A stretch of DNA of 63,990 nucleotides, filler included, from Craspedostauros australis (lineage: Eukaryota), in the NCBI GenBank assembly GCA_030167865.1. It is 20 parts of 20 records of this genome, joined end to end, with 100 filler letters (N's around TTAATTAATTAA, not from the genome) between each part and the next. Parts side by side here need not be neighbours in the genome. Positions count along the whole stretch, not along the records: positions 1 to 1,393 come from JALAGF010005077.1; positions 1,494 to 5,245 come from JALAGF010005078.1; positions 5,346 to 7,233 come from JALAGF010005079.1; positions 7,334 to 9,630 come from JALAGF010005080.1; positions 9,731 to 10,941 come from JALAGF010005081.1; positions 11,042 to 12,369 come from JALAGF010005082.1; 14 more parts are not named here. One strand, given 5' to 3'. A program made the position numbers and the translations under genes. Positions 1 to 12,369 of this stretch are shown in pieces; position 1 is the first letter of the stretch; every line of letters begins with the position of its first letter. The notes below the pieces were generated by a model. That model was not told where the DNA came from. It saw nothing but the letters and a program-made list of their open reading frames with translations, and made no database searches.

Positions 1-1393
1 TGTTGGGATCTTCGATTGGTGGGAAGTCGATATTCCCTGGATAGACGACACGCTCGTTTGGATTGAAGCTGTCGTCTGGATGATCTTCAGATTCGTCGCT
101 GTCATCTTTGTCGAAGATGCCGGATCTGTTGTTCCCCGCCGCTGGAGGAGGCGGCGCCGCGGCGCGGCGCGTTTCGCCTTGATTGATGAAGGTTCCCGTT
201 CTCTCGNNNNNNNNNNNNNNNNNNNNNNNNNNNNNNNNNNNNNNNNNNNNNNNNNNCTATCGGCGAGCCAGGTGTCCTTGTTGACTTTGTCCTTGCATTT
301 GGTGCTCAGCTCGTGGAGTTGCTCCACAGCCGCCGCAGCTATCTCGTCGTTGAAGCTGCCGTCGTCGTCATCTTCGTGGACTCCATCTTCGTTGTATGGA
401 TGATGATGATCTCCGTCATCCATGTCATCGAGTAGTTGCGCGTAGTCAGATGGAATTGTGTTGCTTCGATGTGACCCTGTGGCTGGATCGTATGGGTGGA
501 CGCGTGGACGCTCGCGTAAGAGTACGCGCATACATCCTCCAAGGATGTAATGAAGATCCGTCTCTGGGATCGTCTCTGTCTNNNNNNNNNNNNNNNNNNN
601 NNNNNNNNNNNNNNNNNNNNNNNNNNNNNNNNNNNNNNNNNNNNNNNNNNNNNNNNNNNNNNNNNNNNNNNNNNNNNNNNNNNNNNNNNNNNNNNNNNNN
701 NNNNCGACTCCTGGGAACAGGCTCACTCCTGCTTCCATCACTGCATCGAAGATGAGTTGCTTCTGGATCACCAATGCTGTCTCTGTCGCGTATGGGATGG
801 TATCATGACGATGGAGGTAGTTGGACCTGTTGGGATCCTGGATTGGTGGGAAGTCGATATTCCCTGGGTAGACGACACGCTCGTTTGGATTGAAGCTGTC
901 GTCTGGATGATCTTCAGTTTCGTCGCTGTCATCTTTGTCGAAGATGCCCGATCTGTTGTTCCCCGCCGCTGGAGGGGGAGGCGCCGCGGCGCGGTCCGCC
1001 TCATCGTTTTCATCTGCGCCGTTCTCGTCGGCATCGTCGTCGTCATCGCTCATGGCCTCTTCGATGTCGCTATCGTTGGCCTCGTCCATCTCAGCTTCGT
1101 CGCCATATGGACCGATCAGGTCGTGCGCGTTGAAGCAGCATTCGTAGCTCACTTCGCGTCTTGGATCCACCTCGTGGATGATTGGCTCCTCGCTGAGCCA
1201 CTCCGGGATGATCTCATCATCCTCCACTTCGTCGTCACTCCTGACGTACTCGAAGTTATCGAAGAAGGAGTCTTCGATGTAGTCGTCGGACACCAACATG
1301 CAGAGCGGTATGTCCTTCGCAGAGAGTACCATCTCGTGCCCGCTCTTGTCGTGTCCTTGTGTTGCTGTGTTGGCCTGCTCGTCGGCCTTCTTC
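1..1393 (-). mobile_element. Ty1/Copia family A fragments (Gag-protease linker and protease start)
   Basis: Close paralog of 29170-30600. The minus strand encodes KDKVNKDTWLAD (protease motif) and the inserted LIFDAVMEAG domain. Confidence 0.9.
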
Positions 1394-1493
1394 NNNNNNN
1401 NNNNNNNNNNNNNNNNNNNNNNNNNNNNNNNNNNNNNTTAATTAATTAANNNNNNNNNNNNNNNNNNNNNNNNNNNNNNNNNNNNNNNNNNNN

Positions 1494-2177
1494 GGGAGGT
1501 GCGGCAATCATGGGTATCTTGGTAAAAGCGTACCCCCGATTCCTGACACCCTTCCATTGTCGCATTGACAATATATCATTCTTGACTCTGCTCTCCCTTG
1601 CCCTTCATCACCACCATCCCACTTACTGTTCCATTAGTCCAGTGCTGACCTTAGCTGGATGATATCGCCCTTGTGTCTGTCGTAGATCTCTTTCTTTGTA
1701 TTCTTGGTGAATCCGTCTNNNNNNNNNNNNNNNNNNNNNNNNNNNNNNNNNNNNNNNNNNNNNNNNNNACTCACCGGTCATGTTCGTTCCATGTCGCGTC
1801 GTCAATCGTGCTCTTGAGCGGATAGGGGCATCGCTTCCGTTTCTCTTTCTCAAAGAAGCGATCCCTTGTCCGTCGATGTGCATCGACATGTCTGATATAT
1901 ATCGACAGTTTCGCCCATAGTCTTGGCTCATGTGCGAATACATCCCTAGAGGTCGACCCATAGGTTCGCCCTCATCACAGCGGTGGTACATGGATAGGCT
2001 CCATGGTGGGACATGACTGATGTTGATATCATTCATGAACAGAGGGTTGATGGGNNNNNNNNNNNNNNNNNNNNNNNNNNNNNNNNNNNNNNNNNNNNNN
2101 GTCGAGTTGTGAAGATATTATTGGGAGGTGCGGCAATCATGGGTATCTTGGTAAAAGCGTACCCCCGATTCCTGACA
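1494..2177 (-). repeat. Copia 3' LTR pieces (LTR starts TGTCAGGAATCGGG at 2177; a duplicate start at 1548)
   Basis: Lies just downstream of the RNase H stop (2263) and the purine tract GGAAGGG. 1769-2054 is similar to about 32880-33150. Confidence 0.85.
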
Positions 2178-2262
2178 CCCTTCCATTGTCGCATCGACAA
2201 TATATCATTCTTGACTCTGCTCTCCCTTGCCCTTCATCACCACCATCCCACTTACTGTTCTA

Positions 2263-5245
2263 TTAGTCCAGTGCTGATCTTGGTTGGATGATGTCGCCCT
2301 TGTGTCTGTCGTAGATCTCCTTCTTCGTATTCTTGGTGAATCCGTCTGCGATGTTGTCTTCTGAACGTACGAACCGGGCTCTAGCCTCTCTGTTCGCAAT
2401 CAGTTCTCGAATGAAGTGATGTCGTATGTCGATGTGTCTGGTTCNNNNNNNNNNNNNNNNNNNNNNNNNNNNNNNNNNNNNNNNNNNNNNNNNNNNNNNN
2501 NNNNNNNNNNNNNNNNNNNNNNNNNNNNNNNNNNNNNNNNNNNNNNNNNNNNNNNNNNNNNNNNNNNNNNNNNNNNNNNNNNNNNNNNNNTACTCTGCTT
2601 CCGTTGAGCTCAGTGTCACGCTGCGTTGTGCCTTCGATCTCCAGATGATTGGCACTCCTTGTAGTAGCACGATGTGTCCTCCTACGCTGATGCGGTTGTC
2701 CTTGTCGCCAGCGAATTCGCTGTCGGTGTATACGACAATCTTCCATGCATCGTTCTCTAATGGATCCGGCTTCATCCTTAGTCCATATTCTCTCGTGTCC
2801 GACACGAACTTCATGACCCTTAGCATTTCCTTGTATGCTACGGCTGTTGGTCCATCCAANNNNNNNNNNNNNNNNNNNNNNNNNNNNNNNNNNNNNNNNN
2901 NNNNNNNNNNNNNNNNNNNNNNNNNNNNNNNNNNNNNNNNNNNNNNNNNNNNNNNNNNNNNNNNNNNNNNNNNNNNNNNNNNNNNNNNNNNNNNNNNNNN
3001 NNNNNNNNNGCTGTCCCTTTGTATGCCTTGCCCTGGTGTCCCTGGTGTACCGTACCGCTGTAGCTTCATCACGTCGTCCTTGAATGTGTCAGTAATGTTC
3101 TTGATGATGTGCGGTTGGTTCACCCAGCAGTTCGTATGGTCGTGGTTGAATATGATCTTGCAACTGAGATAGTCTTCGAGATCCTCTTCCACCTTGATTC
3201 CGAANNNNNNNNNNNNNNNNNNNNNNNNNNNNNNNNNNNNNNNNNNNNNNNNNNNNNNNNNNNNNNNNNNNNNNNNNNNNNNNNNNNNNNNNNNNNNNNN
3301 NNNNNNNNNNNNNNNNNNNNNAAGGCATGGATCCACAGCGCTTTGTCTAAACCCCAATTTGAGTAGGATGTCGACCAGCTTCTTGTTCCATTGTCTGGCA
3401 CTCTGCACGAGTCCATAGATCGTCTTCTTGAGCAACAGGCATTCGTCGGCTTCATGCTTCATACCCTTGGGGCATCGCATGTAGATCTCCTCCTCCAGCT
3501 CTCCATGTAAGAATGCTGTCTCAAAGTCGATAATGATGCTGTCCAAGTGTAGCAACATCTTCATTGTGAGCATGACGCGGTAGGTTGCGTCGTGTATCAC
3601 TGGTGCGTGGTGTGCTGAGAAGTCAACCCCTGCAATCTGNNNNNNNNNNNNNNNNNNNNNNNNNNNNNNNNNNNNNNNNNNNNNNNNNNNNNNNNNNNNN
3701 NNNNNNNNNNNNNNNNNNNNNNNNNNNNNNNNNNNNNNNNNNNNNNNNNNNNNNNNNNNNNNNNNNNNNNNNNNNNNNNNNNNNNNNNNNNNNNNNNNNN
3801 NNTCCCGCCATTTCGTTCTCTTCTCAGGATCTGCATGATCCCAGCACTCCTCGAATGTGGTTGGGTCTAGCATCATTGCGACATTAGCTTGCTCGTACCC
3901 TTCTTCGAGTGATCGTTGGTCCAATCCTTGGCTCGCAGTGATGAAGTCGTCGAGTCTCATCTTACCATGAGTAGTATCTATCATCNNNNNNNNNNNNNNN
4001 NNNNNNNNNNNNNNNNNNNNNNNNNNNNNNNNNNNNNNNNNNNNNNNNNNNNNNNNNNNNNNNNNNNNNNNNNNNNNNNNNNNNNNTGTTGGAGTAGTCT
4101 CATTCTCTCCTTCATCTGATTCTGACTCTCCACTGGATCCTAGGTCTCGTTCCTCCATTGGAATGGGTGAGTTGTTGAACCCCGCGAGAGCCTTCAGCAT
4201 CCTTGGCATCCCTCTAACAGGTGTTGCGACTGGGACCTCGTCTTGATCGTATGGTCCCTTCTCGTCGTCCCTTCCGGATTCATCGTCGTTATCATCGTAC
4301 GAATCATCATCCCCTTGGGTGGGGAGCAAGTCATCTTGCCCTTGAGCAGCGTCTTTTGTATCTACATCAATTCTGGCTCCTCTGCTCTGATCTACGTCGT
4401 CGGTCTCCATTCCCTTGATGGTGTCCTCACGTCGCTCCCAAGTTACTCTACTATTCGGGGAAAGTATCTCTGATGTAGAGTCGTCATCTTCCAGATCTAT
4501 CAGTACTGACCTGTCGGCGTTCGCAATACCCTTGAACTGCCCATATGACTGATTCATCCATGTCACGTCTCTTGTGATTAGGATTCTCGTTGTAGCTAGA
4601 TTCATCATCCGGTACACACCACTAGCGTGCGATTGACCGTATCCGACGAACATAGCCGGCTTGGATCTGCTATCCAATTTCGCCTTGATTGTTCGTCCTC
4701 CGATGTGGACCATACCTATTTCGCCGAATGTACGCAGTCCATCTACATAGGTGGGGATCTGTTCGTTGAATAGGATGCAAGCTGGCTCTCTTGTCTTTGT
4801 TCCGATGATGTTCTCCAATTGCGTGGCTGTGCGAGCTGCTTCTGCCCACAGCTTACTGCGAGAGCTCTTCGGTAGATGCGTTTGGTTCAGCATAGCTCTC
4901 ACCTTTCCGTATAGTACCGCGAATTTTCGCTCTACGCGACCATTCTGTTGGGGAGTGGCTGCGGCGGTGTACTCGAAAGTCGGTCCGAATCCAGCATTAA
5001 GTAGTTGCTTCTCCGTGGAGTAATTTTCTCCCGCGTTGTCACATCTCACATTTTTCACACTCACTTGTTGATTCGCCTGAAGCCACCGTAATAACCCCAC
5101 CATCTTGGATCCGACGTCACTCTTTTCTCTCACAAAGAAACTCCAGCAGTAATCACTGTAATCGTCGATAACCAGAAGCCAGTATTTGCCTCGGCCGAAA
5201 CTGTACGTCTGAACACTCGATGTGTCCATGAACAGTCGCTCTCCG
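2263..5245 (-). mobile_element. Ty1/Copia family B pol: integrase, RT and RNase H (gapped)
   Basis: Integrase motifs RCDNAGEN, TPQQNGRVER, FVGY. RT motifs IDFETAFLHG, LKKTIYGLVQSARQW. RNase H motifs YTDSEFAGD, RHIDIRHHFIRE, NIADGFTK. IN-RT order is the Copia order. Confidence 0.95.
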
Positions 5246-5608
5246 NNNNNNNNNNNNNNNNNNNNNNNNNNNNNNNNNNNNNNNNNNNNTTAATTAATTA
5301 ANNNNNNNNNNNNNNNNNNNNNNNNNNNNNNNNNNNNNNNNNNNNGAACTACGTCATAAAGCACGACTCGATTCAGCTCAATCACGAGCTCGTGGAGTCG
5401 TGAGTGGACAAATTACCGTGTTCCCCTGGCACTTTGCTCGACACGACAGAAATTTCGTGTTCGACGCGTTCGTGGCCAGCGCTCTTTCTTTCGTATCGAC
5501 GGACAGGCGCGAACAGGTTCTGACCCACTTGAGTGACAGGACCTGCAGTCCGTCCTGAGATGGTGGCAACATATCCATAATGATTTTGGCCTGGTACTGG
5601 CCTACGTA

Positions 5609-5731
5609 GCTTGCGTCCGGACGCAAATTGGACGCTCAGTTTGCGTCCCCACNNNNNNNNNNNNNNNNNNNNNNNNNNNNNNNNNNNNNNNNNNNNNNNN
5701 NNATTGGGCCAATTTGCGTCCGGACGCAAGC
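5609..5731. repeat. 23-bp perfect inverted repeat, each arm containing the 16-bp palindrome TTGCGTCCGGACGCAA
   Basis: gcttgcgtccggacgcaaattgg at 5609-5631 and its reverse complement at 5709-5731; the arms span an N gap. Confidence 0.75.
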
Positions 5732-6255
5732 GGCGACTCAACGGACTCGCCCAAATACGCTTTATGAGAAGCCGTTTTTTTTCAAATCCTCTTGCACTGG
5801 CCAGCTCGACTCACGACATGCCTCATGTCTTAAATTTATAATAATCGTTGCAGTTGTGGGAATTGAACAAACAATGATCATGCGTCGTGCGTCACCCTCC
5901 TTGTCGTGTCGCACCGTTGCTGTGATTTTGCATTTGCTGTCATCGTGGGTTGATGTTTTCCATGCACTCGCACACACCTGTTCCGCAATTTCGGTTGCGT
6001 TCACCGTTGCCGGTGGACACTCGCCAACGAAATCCACAACCTCGTCGTTTCTCCATCGCCACTCCACTGATCTCCCCATCACACACATCACTTCCCCATC
6101 TTCCTCCACATCAACACATGTTCAACATGCACTTGCAATCTGCCCATCCCACACTTCGACATGCCAACATTGCAATGACACTGGCTTCTTCTGCTGTTGC
6201 AAAACACAATTGAAGCATGCCTTCTTTCCAGTTCTCACAAAAAACAGCAGCAGCA

Positions 6256-7233
6256 CACTCGAGCAACTTCCACCCCAGTGACGGACAGCATCATCAATAC
6301 AAACAACTCACCAAACCAACAGCAGCGTACTCGATCAACTTCCACCCCAGCAACGGACAGCATCATCAATACAAACAACTCACCAAACCAACAGCAGCAG
6401 CACTGTGCTCGATCAACTTCCACTCCAGCGACGGACAGCATCATCAATACAAACAACTCACCAAACCAACGGCACCGTGCTCAATCAACTTCCACCCCAG
6501 TGATAGACAGCATCATCAATGCTAACAACTCACCAAACCAACAGCACCATGCTCGATCAACTTCCACCCCAGCGACGGACAGCATCATCAATGCGAACAA
6601 CTCACCAAACCAACAGCACCGTGCTCGATCAACTTCCATCCCAGTGATGGACAGCATCATCAATGCGCGCAACTCACCAAACCAACAGCACCGTGCTCGA
6701 TCAACTTCCACTCCAGCAACGGACAGCATCATCAATGCAAACAAGTCACCAAACCAACAGCACCATGCTCGATCAACTTCCACCCCAGTGATGGACAGCA
6801 TCATCAATGCAAACAACTCACCAAACCAACAGCACCGTGCTCGATCAACTTCCACTCCGGTGACAGACAGCATCATCAATGCGCACAACTTACCAAACCA
6901 ACAGCAGCATGCTCGATCAACTTCCACTCCAGCGACGGACAGCATCATCAATGCGAGCAACTTACCAAACCAACGGCAGCAGCACCGTGCTCGATCAACT
7001 TCCACTCCGGTGACAGACAGCATCATCAATGCAAACAACTCACCAAACCAACAGCAGCAGCACCGTGCTCGATCAACTTCCACTCCAGCGACGGACAGCA
7101 TCATCAATACAAACAACTCACCAAACCAACAGCATCGTGCTCGATCAACTTCCACCCCAGTGATGGACAGCATCATCAATGCGCGCAACTCACCAAACCA
7201 ACAGCACCGTGCTCGATCAACTTCCACTCCAGC
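6256..7233 (+). repeat. Minisatellite with a 72-78 bp unit, about 13 copies, open reading frame (RARSTSTPATDSIINANNSPNQQH)n
   Basis: Direct tandem units whose length varies only by CAG triplets; ORF 6197-7285 runs into the gap. Confidence 0.92.
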
Positions 7234-7333
7234 NNNNNNNNNNNNNNNNNNNNNNNNNNNNNNNNNNNNNNNNNNNNTTAATTAATTAANNNNNNNNNNN
7301 NNNNNNNNNNNNNNNNNNNNNNNNNNNNNNNNN

Positions 7334-9630
7334 CCCAGAACGCAAGAAATCGAACAACAAGAAAAACAATAACAACAAAATGAACGGAAAGCGCAACAAA
7401 GGCAGCGGCTTCAAGGGCAAGTGTAACTACTGCGGCATCTTCGGACATTGCGAGGCGGAGTGCCGAAAGAAGAAGTTCAACGAGAGCAAGAAGAACAACG
7501 AACAAGCCAACGCGGCTACGGAAGGACACGACANNNNNNNNNNNNNNNNNNNNNNNNNNNNNNNNNNNNNNNNNNNNNNNNNNNNNCGGCGAAGGACATG
7601 CCGCTCTGCATGTTGGTGTCCGACGACTACATCGAAGACTCCTTCTTCGATAACTTCGAGTGCGTCGGAAATGACCACGAAGTGCAGGACGATGAGATCG
7701 TCCCGGAGTGGCTCAGCGAGGAGCCAATCATCCACGAGGTGGATCCAAGACGCAAAGTGAGCTACGAATGCTGCTTCAACGCGCACGACCTGATCGGTTC
7801 ATACGGCGACGAAGCTGAGATGGACGACGAGGCCAACGATAGCGACATCGAAGAGGCCATGAGCGATGACGACGACGACGCCAACGAGGACGGCGGAGAT
7901 GAAGACGACGAGACGAACAGCGGCGCGGCGCCGCCTCCTCCAGCGGCGGGGAACAACAGATCGGGTATCTTTGACGAAGATGACAGCGACGAAACCGAAG
8001 ATCATCCAGACGACAGCTTCAATCCAAACGAGCGTGTCGTCTATCCAGCGAATATCGACTTCCCAGATATTGAAGATCCCAACAGTGTCGACTATCTCCT
8101 CCGTCACAGCGTTACTCCAAACGCAACAGCAACAGCATTGATAATCCAAAAACAGCTCATCTTTGACGCAGTAATGGAAGCGGGGATGCGAGTGTTCCCA
8201 GGAACCACACGAGGAGTACTCATGCCAATATGGGTGAACATGATGGGATCCATCCTATCCGAGCACTTCGAATCGATCGAAGAGATCCTTACCAATTCGA
8301 TCGTCATCAATCGCATACTGGAAGCGAACAACTCAGAGACGATCCCAGAGACGGATCTACACTACATCCTTGGAGGATGCATGCGTGTACTCTTGCGAGA
8401 GCGATCACGCGTCCACCCATATGATCCAGCCACAGGATCACATCGAAGCAACACGATTCCATCGGACTACGCACAACTACCCGATGACATGGACGATGAG
8501 GACCACCGCAATCCATACAACGAAGATGGATTCCACGAAGACGACGACGGCAGCTTCGACGACGAGATAGCTGCGGCAGCCGTGGAGCAGCTCCACGAGC
8601 TGAGCACCAAATACAAGGACAAGGTCAACAAGGACACCTGGCTCGCCGACAGCGGAGCTTTGTGTCACATCGTCAACTCAGACGCCGCTCTCTTCAATGT
8701 GCGGCACATCAAGTCATTCGTCCAAGTGGGAGACAGCACGAAGCTGGACTCTCCCAAAATGGGATCCATTCGCTTGAAGGTCAAGCANNNNNNNNNNNNN
8801 NNNCACATCATCCGGCTCGATGACGTGAAGTACACACCGAAAATGGCGGTGAACCTTTTCTCCACGAACAAGGCTCTGTACAACGGTTACCAGCTTGGTA
8901 GCAACGGCATTCTGATGGACATCATCAACGGATCCGGAACGAAGATCGTATTCGACCGAGTCTTCCCCACATCCAACGGATTCATCACGGGAGTGCAGAT
9001 GCANNNNNNNNNNNNNNNNNNNNNNNNNNNNNNNNNNNNNNNNNNNNNNNNNNNNNNNNNNNNNNNNNNNNNNNNNNNNNNNNNNNNNNNNNNNNNNNNN
9101 NNNNNNNNNNNNNNNNNNNNNNNNNNNNNNCGAAGCCATGAAGCGAACAGCCGCCCAATACGGATGGAAGATTATCGGCGAGATGCCGGTATGTCGCGAC
9201 TGCGCGGTCGCGAATGCGAGAGTGAAGAAGATCCCGAAGGCAACCATTCCGAGAGCAACTCGCCGCGGCGAACGGCTCTTCATTGACATTAGTTACACTA
9301 AGCACATAAGCTTCGGAGATAAACGCTACTGGACCCTGATCGTGGACGACTGCACGGATCACTGCTGGAGTTTCTTTCTCAAGAACAAAAGTGATCAACC
9401 AGGGTACATCAAACGATTCGTCCAGACGATCAAGTCACAAACTGGTGACCAACAGATCATCTTCCGAGGAGACAACAGCGGAGAGAACAAATCCACGCAG
9501 GATACTCTCATCGATGCAGGACTCAACGTGAAATTCGAATTCACGACATCGAACACGCCGCAACAGAACGGCAGAGTGGAACGCAAGTTCGCGTACCTCT
9601 ACACCAAGATCCGCTCCATGCTCAACGGAG
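7334..9630 (+). mobile_element. Ty1/Copia family A: Gag zinc knuckle, inserted domain, protease, integrase N-terminus and core
   Basis: CNYCGIFGHCEAEC, WLADSGALCH, VCRDC, FRGDNSGEN, TPQQNGRVERK; paralog of 28200-30780. Confidence 0.95.
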
Positions 9631-10075
9631 NNNNNNNNNNNNNNNNNNNNNNNNNNNNNNNNNNNNNNNNNNNNTTAATTAATTAANNNNNNNNNNNNNN
9701 NNNNNNNNNNNNNNNNNNNNNNNNNNNNNNCACAGTTCTATCAACCTTCACCCACATTGGACGTAGTTGTATCATCCTGCAACCACTGAACTCTTCACCT
9801 TGCAAGCATGCTGCACGCTGGTGATTGTGTGAAGGTGGCACCCCACCAGAGCTCAAGTGGCAGGGTTCATGACCTGGGCGTATGTTATGTTGAGTTTGCA
9901 ATGAAACTGACTGCTGAAGGTGCTACGATCAAACGCGATGGACCTCTTGCACCAGAAGAGGTGGCAATGGNNNNNNNNNNNNNNNNNNNNNNNNNNNNNN
10001 NNNNNNNNNNNNNNNNNNNNNNNNNNNNNNNNNNNNNNNNNNNNNNNNNNNNNNNNNNNNNNNNNNNNNNNNNNN

Positions 10076-10941
10076 GCTGGTGGCCTTGCTAAGCCTTCCC
10101 TCCTTTCTCCCCAGCATCACTCCGTCGCTGTTACGCGTGTCAACAACAAGGCTAAGCCCTCCACACCATCCCCAACTACCACGGAATCGCAAGAAGCCAG
10201 CATTGCCGCTTTTCTCGAGGTCTCACGTCAGCAGAAAGAAACAGCAATCGCCCGTCTCAACAAGCAGATGAAGAGAGGCGCAACAACAAAAGGATGGCTG
10301 CGAAAGGATGGAGGGCGTACCAACACTAAGCCCACCAATAGAAAGAAACAACTTGGCAGAGATGAACAGCAAAACTACATCATTCTCTATTTCAATTTGG
10401 GTGGGATCCCAGCCAACATGAAATTGATCGCCCACGCATGGGATATTGGCACTAGCACTGTCGATCGCAACATCAAGAAATTCCAACAGAACAAGCTGGA
10501 ACGGAAGAAGCACAGCAATGCGGGCAGCACCATCTTCACCTGCCCCAAGAAGCAACAGCAATACTTCACGCCGCGTGCCATCTTTGCGAAACAACTGCGG
10601 CTTAAGCATCCAAGACAACGGTTGACGACTGAGGACATCTCTTATGCCTTTGACCATGCTTCGCCTGAAGAGCTGNNNNNNNNNNNNNNNNNNNNNNNNN
10701 NNNNNNNNNNNNNNNNNNNNNNNNNATCCGCAAAATCCCTGTCTGATTCGTGGTTGGAGCGTGGTCCTCTCCTGCAATTTGAGCTCCAGGATGTGTTGCG
10801 ACGATGCAACAGCGCAATCTTGTGGGACAATGTTGCACGCGAACTAGCAGGAAGGGGCAACGTCCAATGCGTTTGCGCAGAAACCATTCGAACATACGTG
10901 ATGGGATTGGAGGGCAGCGAATACCGTTCTACAACAATGCT
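10076..10941 (+). mobile_element. Tc1/mariner transposase, N-terminal fragment (second copy)
   Basis: Colinear and highly similar to the N-terminal part of the 49881-52054 transposase (LIAHAWDI...FTPRA.FAKQLRLKHP...RELAGRGNVQCV). Confidence 0.85.
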
Positions 10942-11041
10942 NNNNNNNNNNNNNNNNNNNNNNNNNNNNNNNNNNNNNNNNNNNNTTAATTAATTAANNN
11001 NNNNNNNNNNNNNNNNNNNNNNNNNNNNNNNNNNNNNNNNN

Positions 11042-12369
11042 CCGCAGCGATGATGTCATCTAATCTCATCATTCCATGAGGTGTGTCTATCATCGTACCT
11101 GCGATATCTCTGTTGAATATTGACCTGTCTGCGTGGAAGTCGGGTCCTCCTGTTTCCGGTGGAGTTGTGATGGTCTCTTCAGGCGTCACATATCCCTCGC
11201 TGTCATTAGGTTCTGACTCATCACTTGATCCGAGATCTCGCTCCTCCTCTGGGATTGGNNNNNNNNNNNNNNNNNNNNNNNNNNNNNNNNNNNNNNNNNN
11301 NNNNNNNNTCAGGCGTCACATATCCCTCGCTGTCATTAGGTTCTGACTCATCACTTGATCCGAGATCTCGCTCCTCCTCTGGGATTGGGTCGGTGTTGTA
11401 CCCGGCGAGAGCGCTCAGCATCCTTGGTATGCGTGTCACAGGTTCTGCGACAGGGGTGTCTTCGGGCTCTTTCTCGGCCGCTTTGTCTACTTTCCCCTCG
11501 TCGTCCCTTCCGAATTCATCGTCGATCTCTTCGTTCGATTCATTTTCCCCTTGGGCAGGGAGCAAGCTATCTTGCCCTCGCGCAGCGTCNNNNNNNNNNN
11601 NNNNNNNNNNNNNNNNNNNNNNNNNNNNNNNNNNNNNNNNNNNNNNNNNNNTGATGGTCTCCGATCGTCGCTCCCAAGTTGTTCTCGTAGCTCGGGTGTT
11701 CATACCCGACGTAGAGTCGTCATCTTCTAGATCTATCAGCACAGATCTATTGGCATTCTCGATACCTCTGAATTGCCCGTATGACTGATTCATCCATGTC
11801 ACGTCTCTCGTGATTAGGATCTTGGTTGTTGTGAGATTCAGCATTCGATATACTCCCTTAGCGTGCGATTGGCCGTAGCCGACGAACATGGCTGGTCTGG
11901 ATCTATCGTCCAGCTTAGCCTTTATCGTACGACCGCCGATGTANNNNNNNNNNNNNNNNNNNNNNNNNNNNNNNNNNNNNNNNNNNNNNNNNNNNNNNNN
12001 NNNNNNNNNNNNNNNNNNNNNNNNNNNNNNNNNNNNNNNNNNNNNNNNNNNNNNNNNNNNNNNNNNNNNNNNNNNNNNNNNNNNNNNNNNNNNNNNNNNN
12101 NNNNNNNNNNNNNNNNNNNNNTTGAGCATGGAGCGGACTTTCCCGTACAGCGTCGCGAATTTTCTTTCTACGCGACCGTTCTGTTGGGGAGTGGAAGCGG
12201 CAGTGTATTCGAACGTTGGACCGAACCCTGCGTTGAGAAGCTGTTTCTCCGCGGCATAATTCTCTCCCGCGTTGTCACATCTGACATTTTTCACATGTGC
12301 CTGTTGGTTGGAGTGAAGCCATCGGAGGAGCGTGATCAGCTTTTCTCCGACTTCACTTTTCTCTTTCAA
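11042..12369 (-). mobile_element. Ty1/Copia family B integrase and IN-RT linker fragment
   Basis: RCDNAGENY, TPQQNGRVERKF, MFVGYGQSH, ITRDVTW. Confidence 0.93.
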
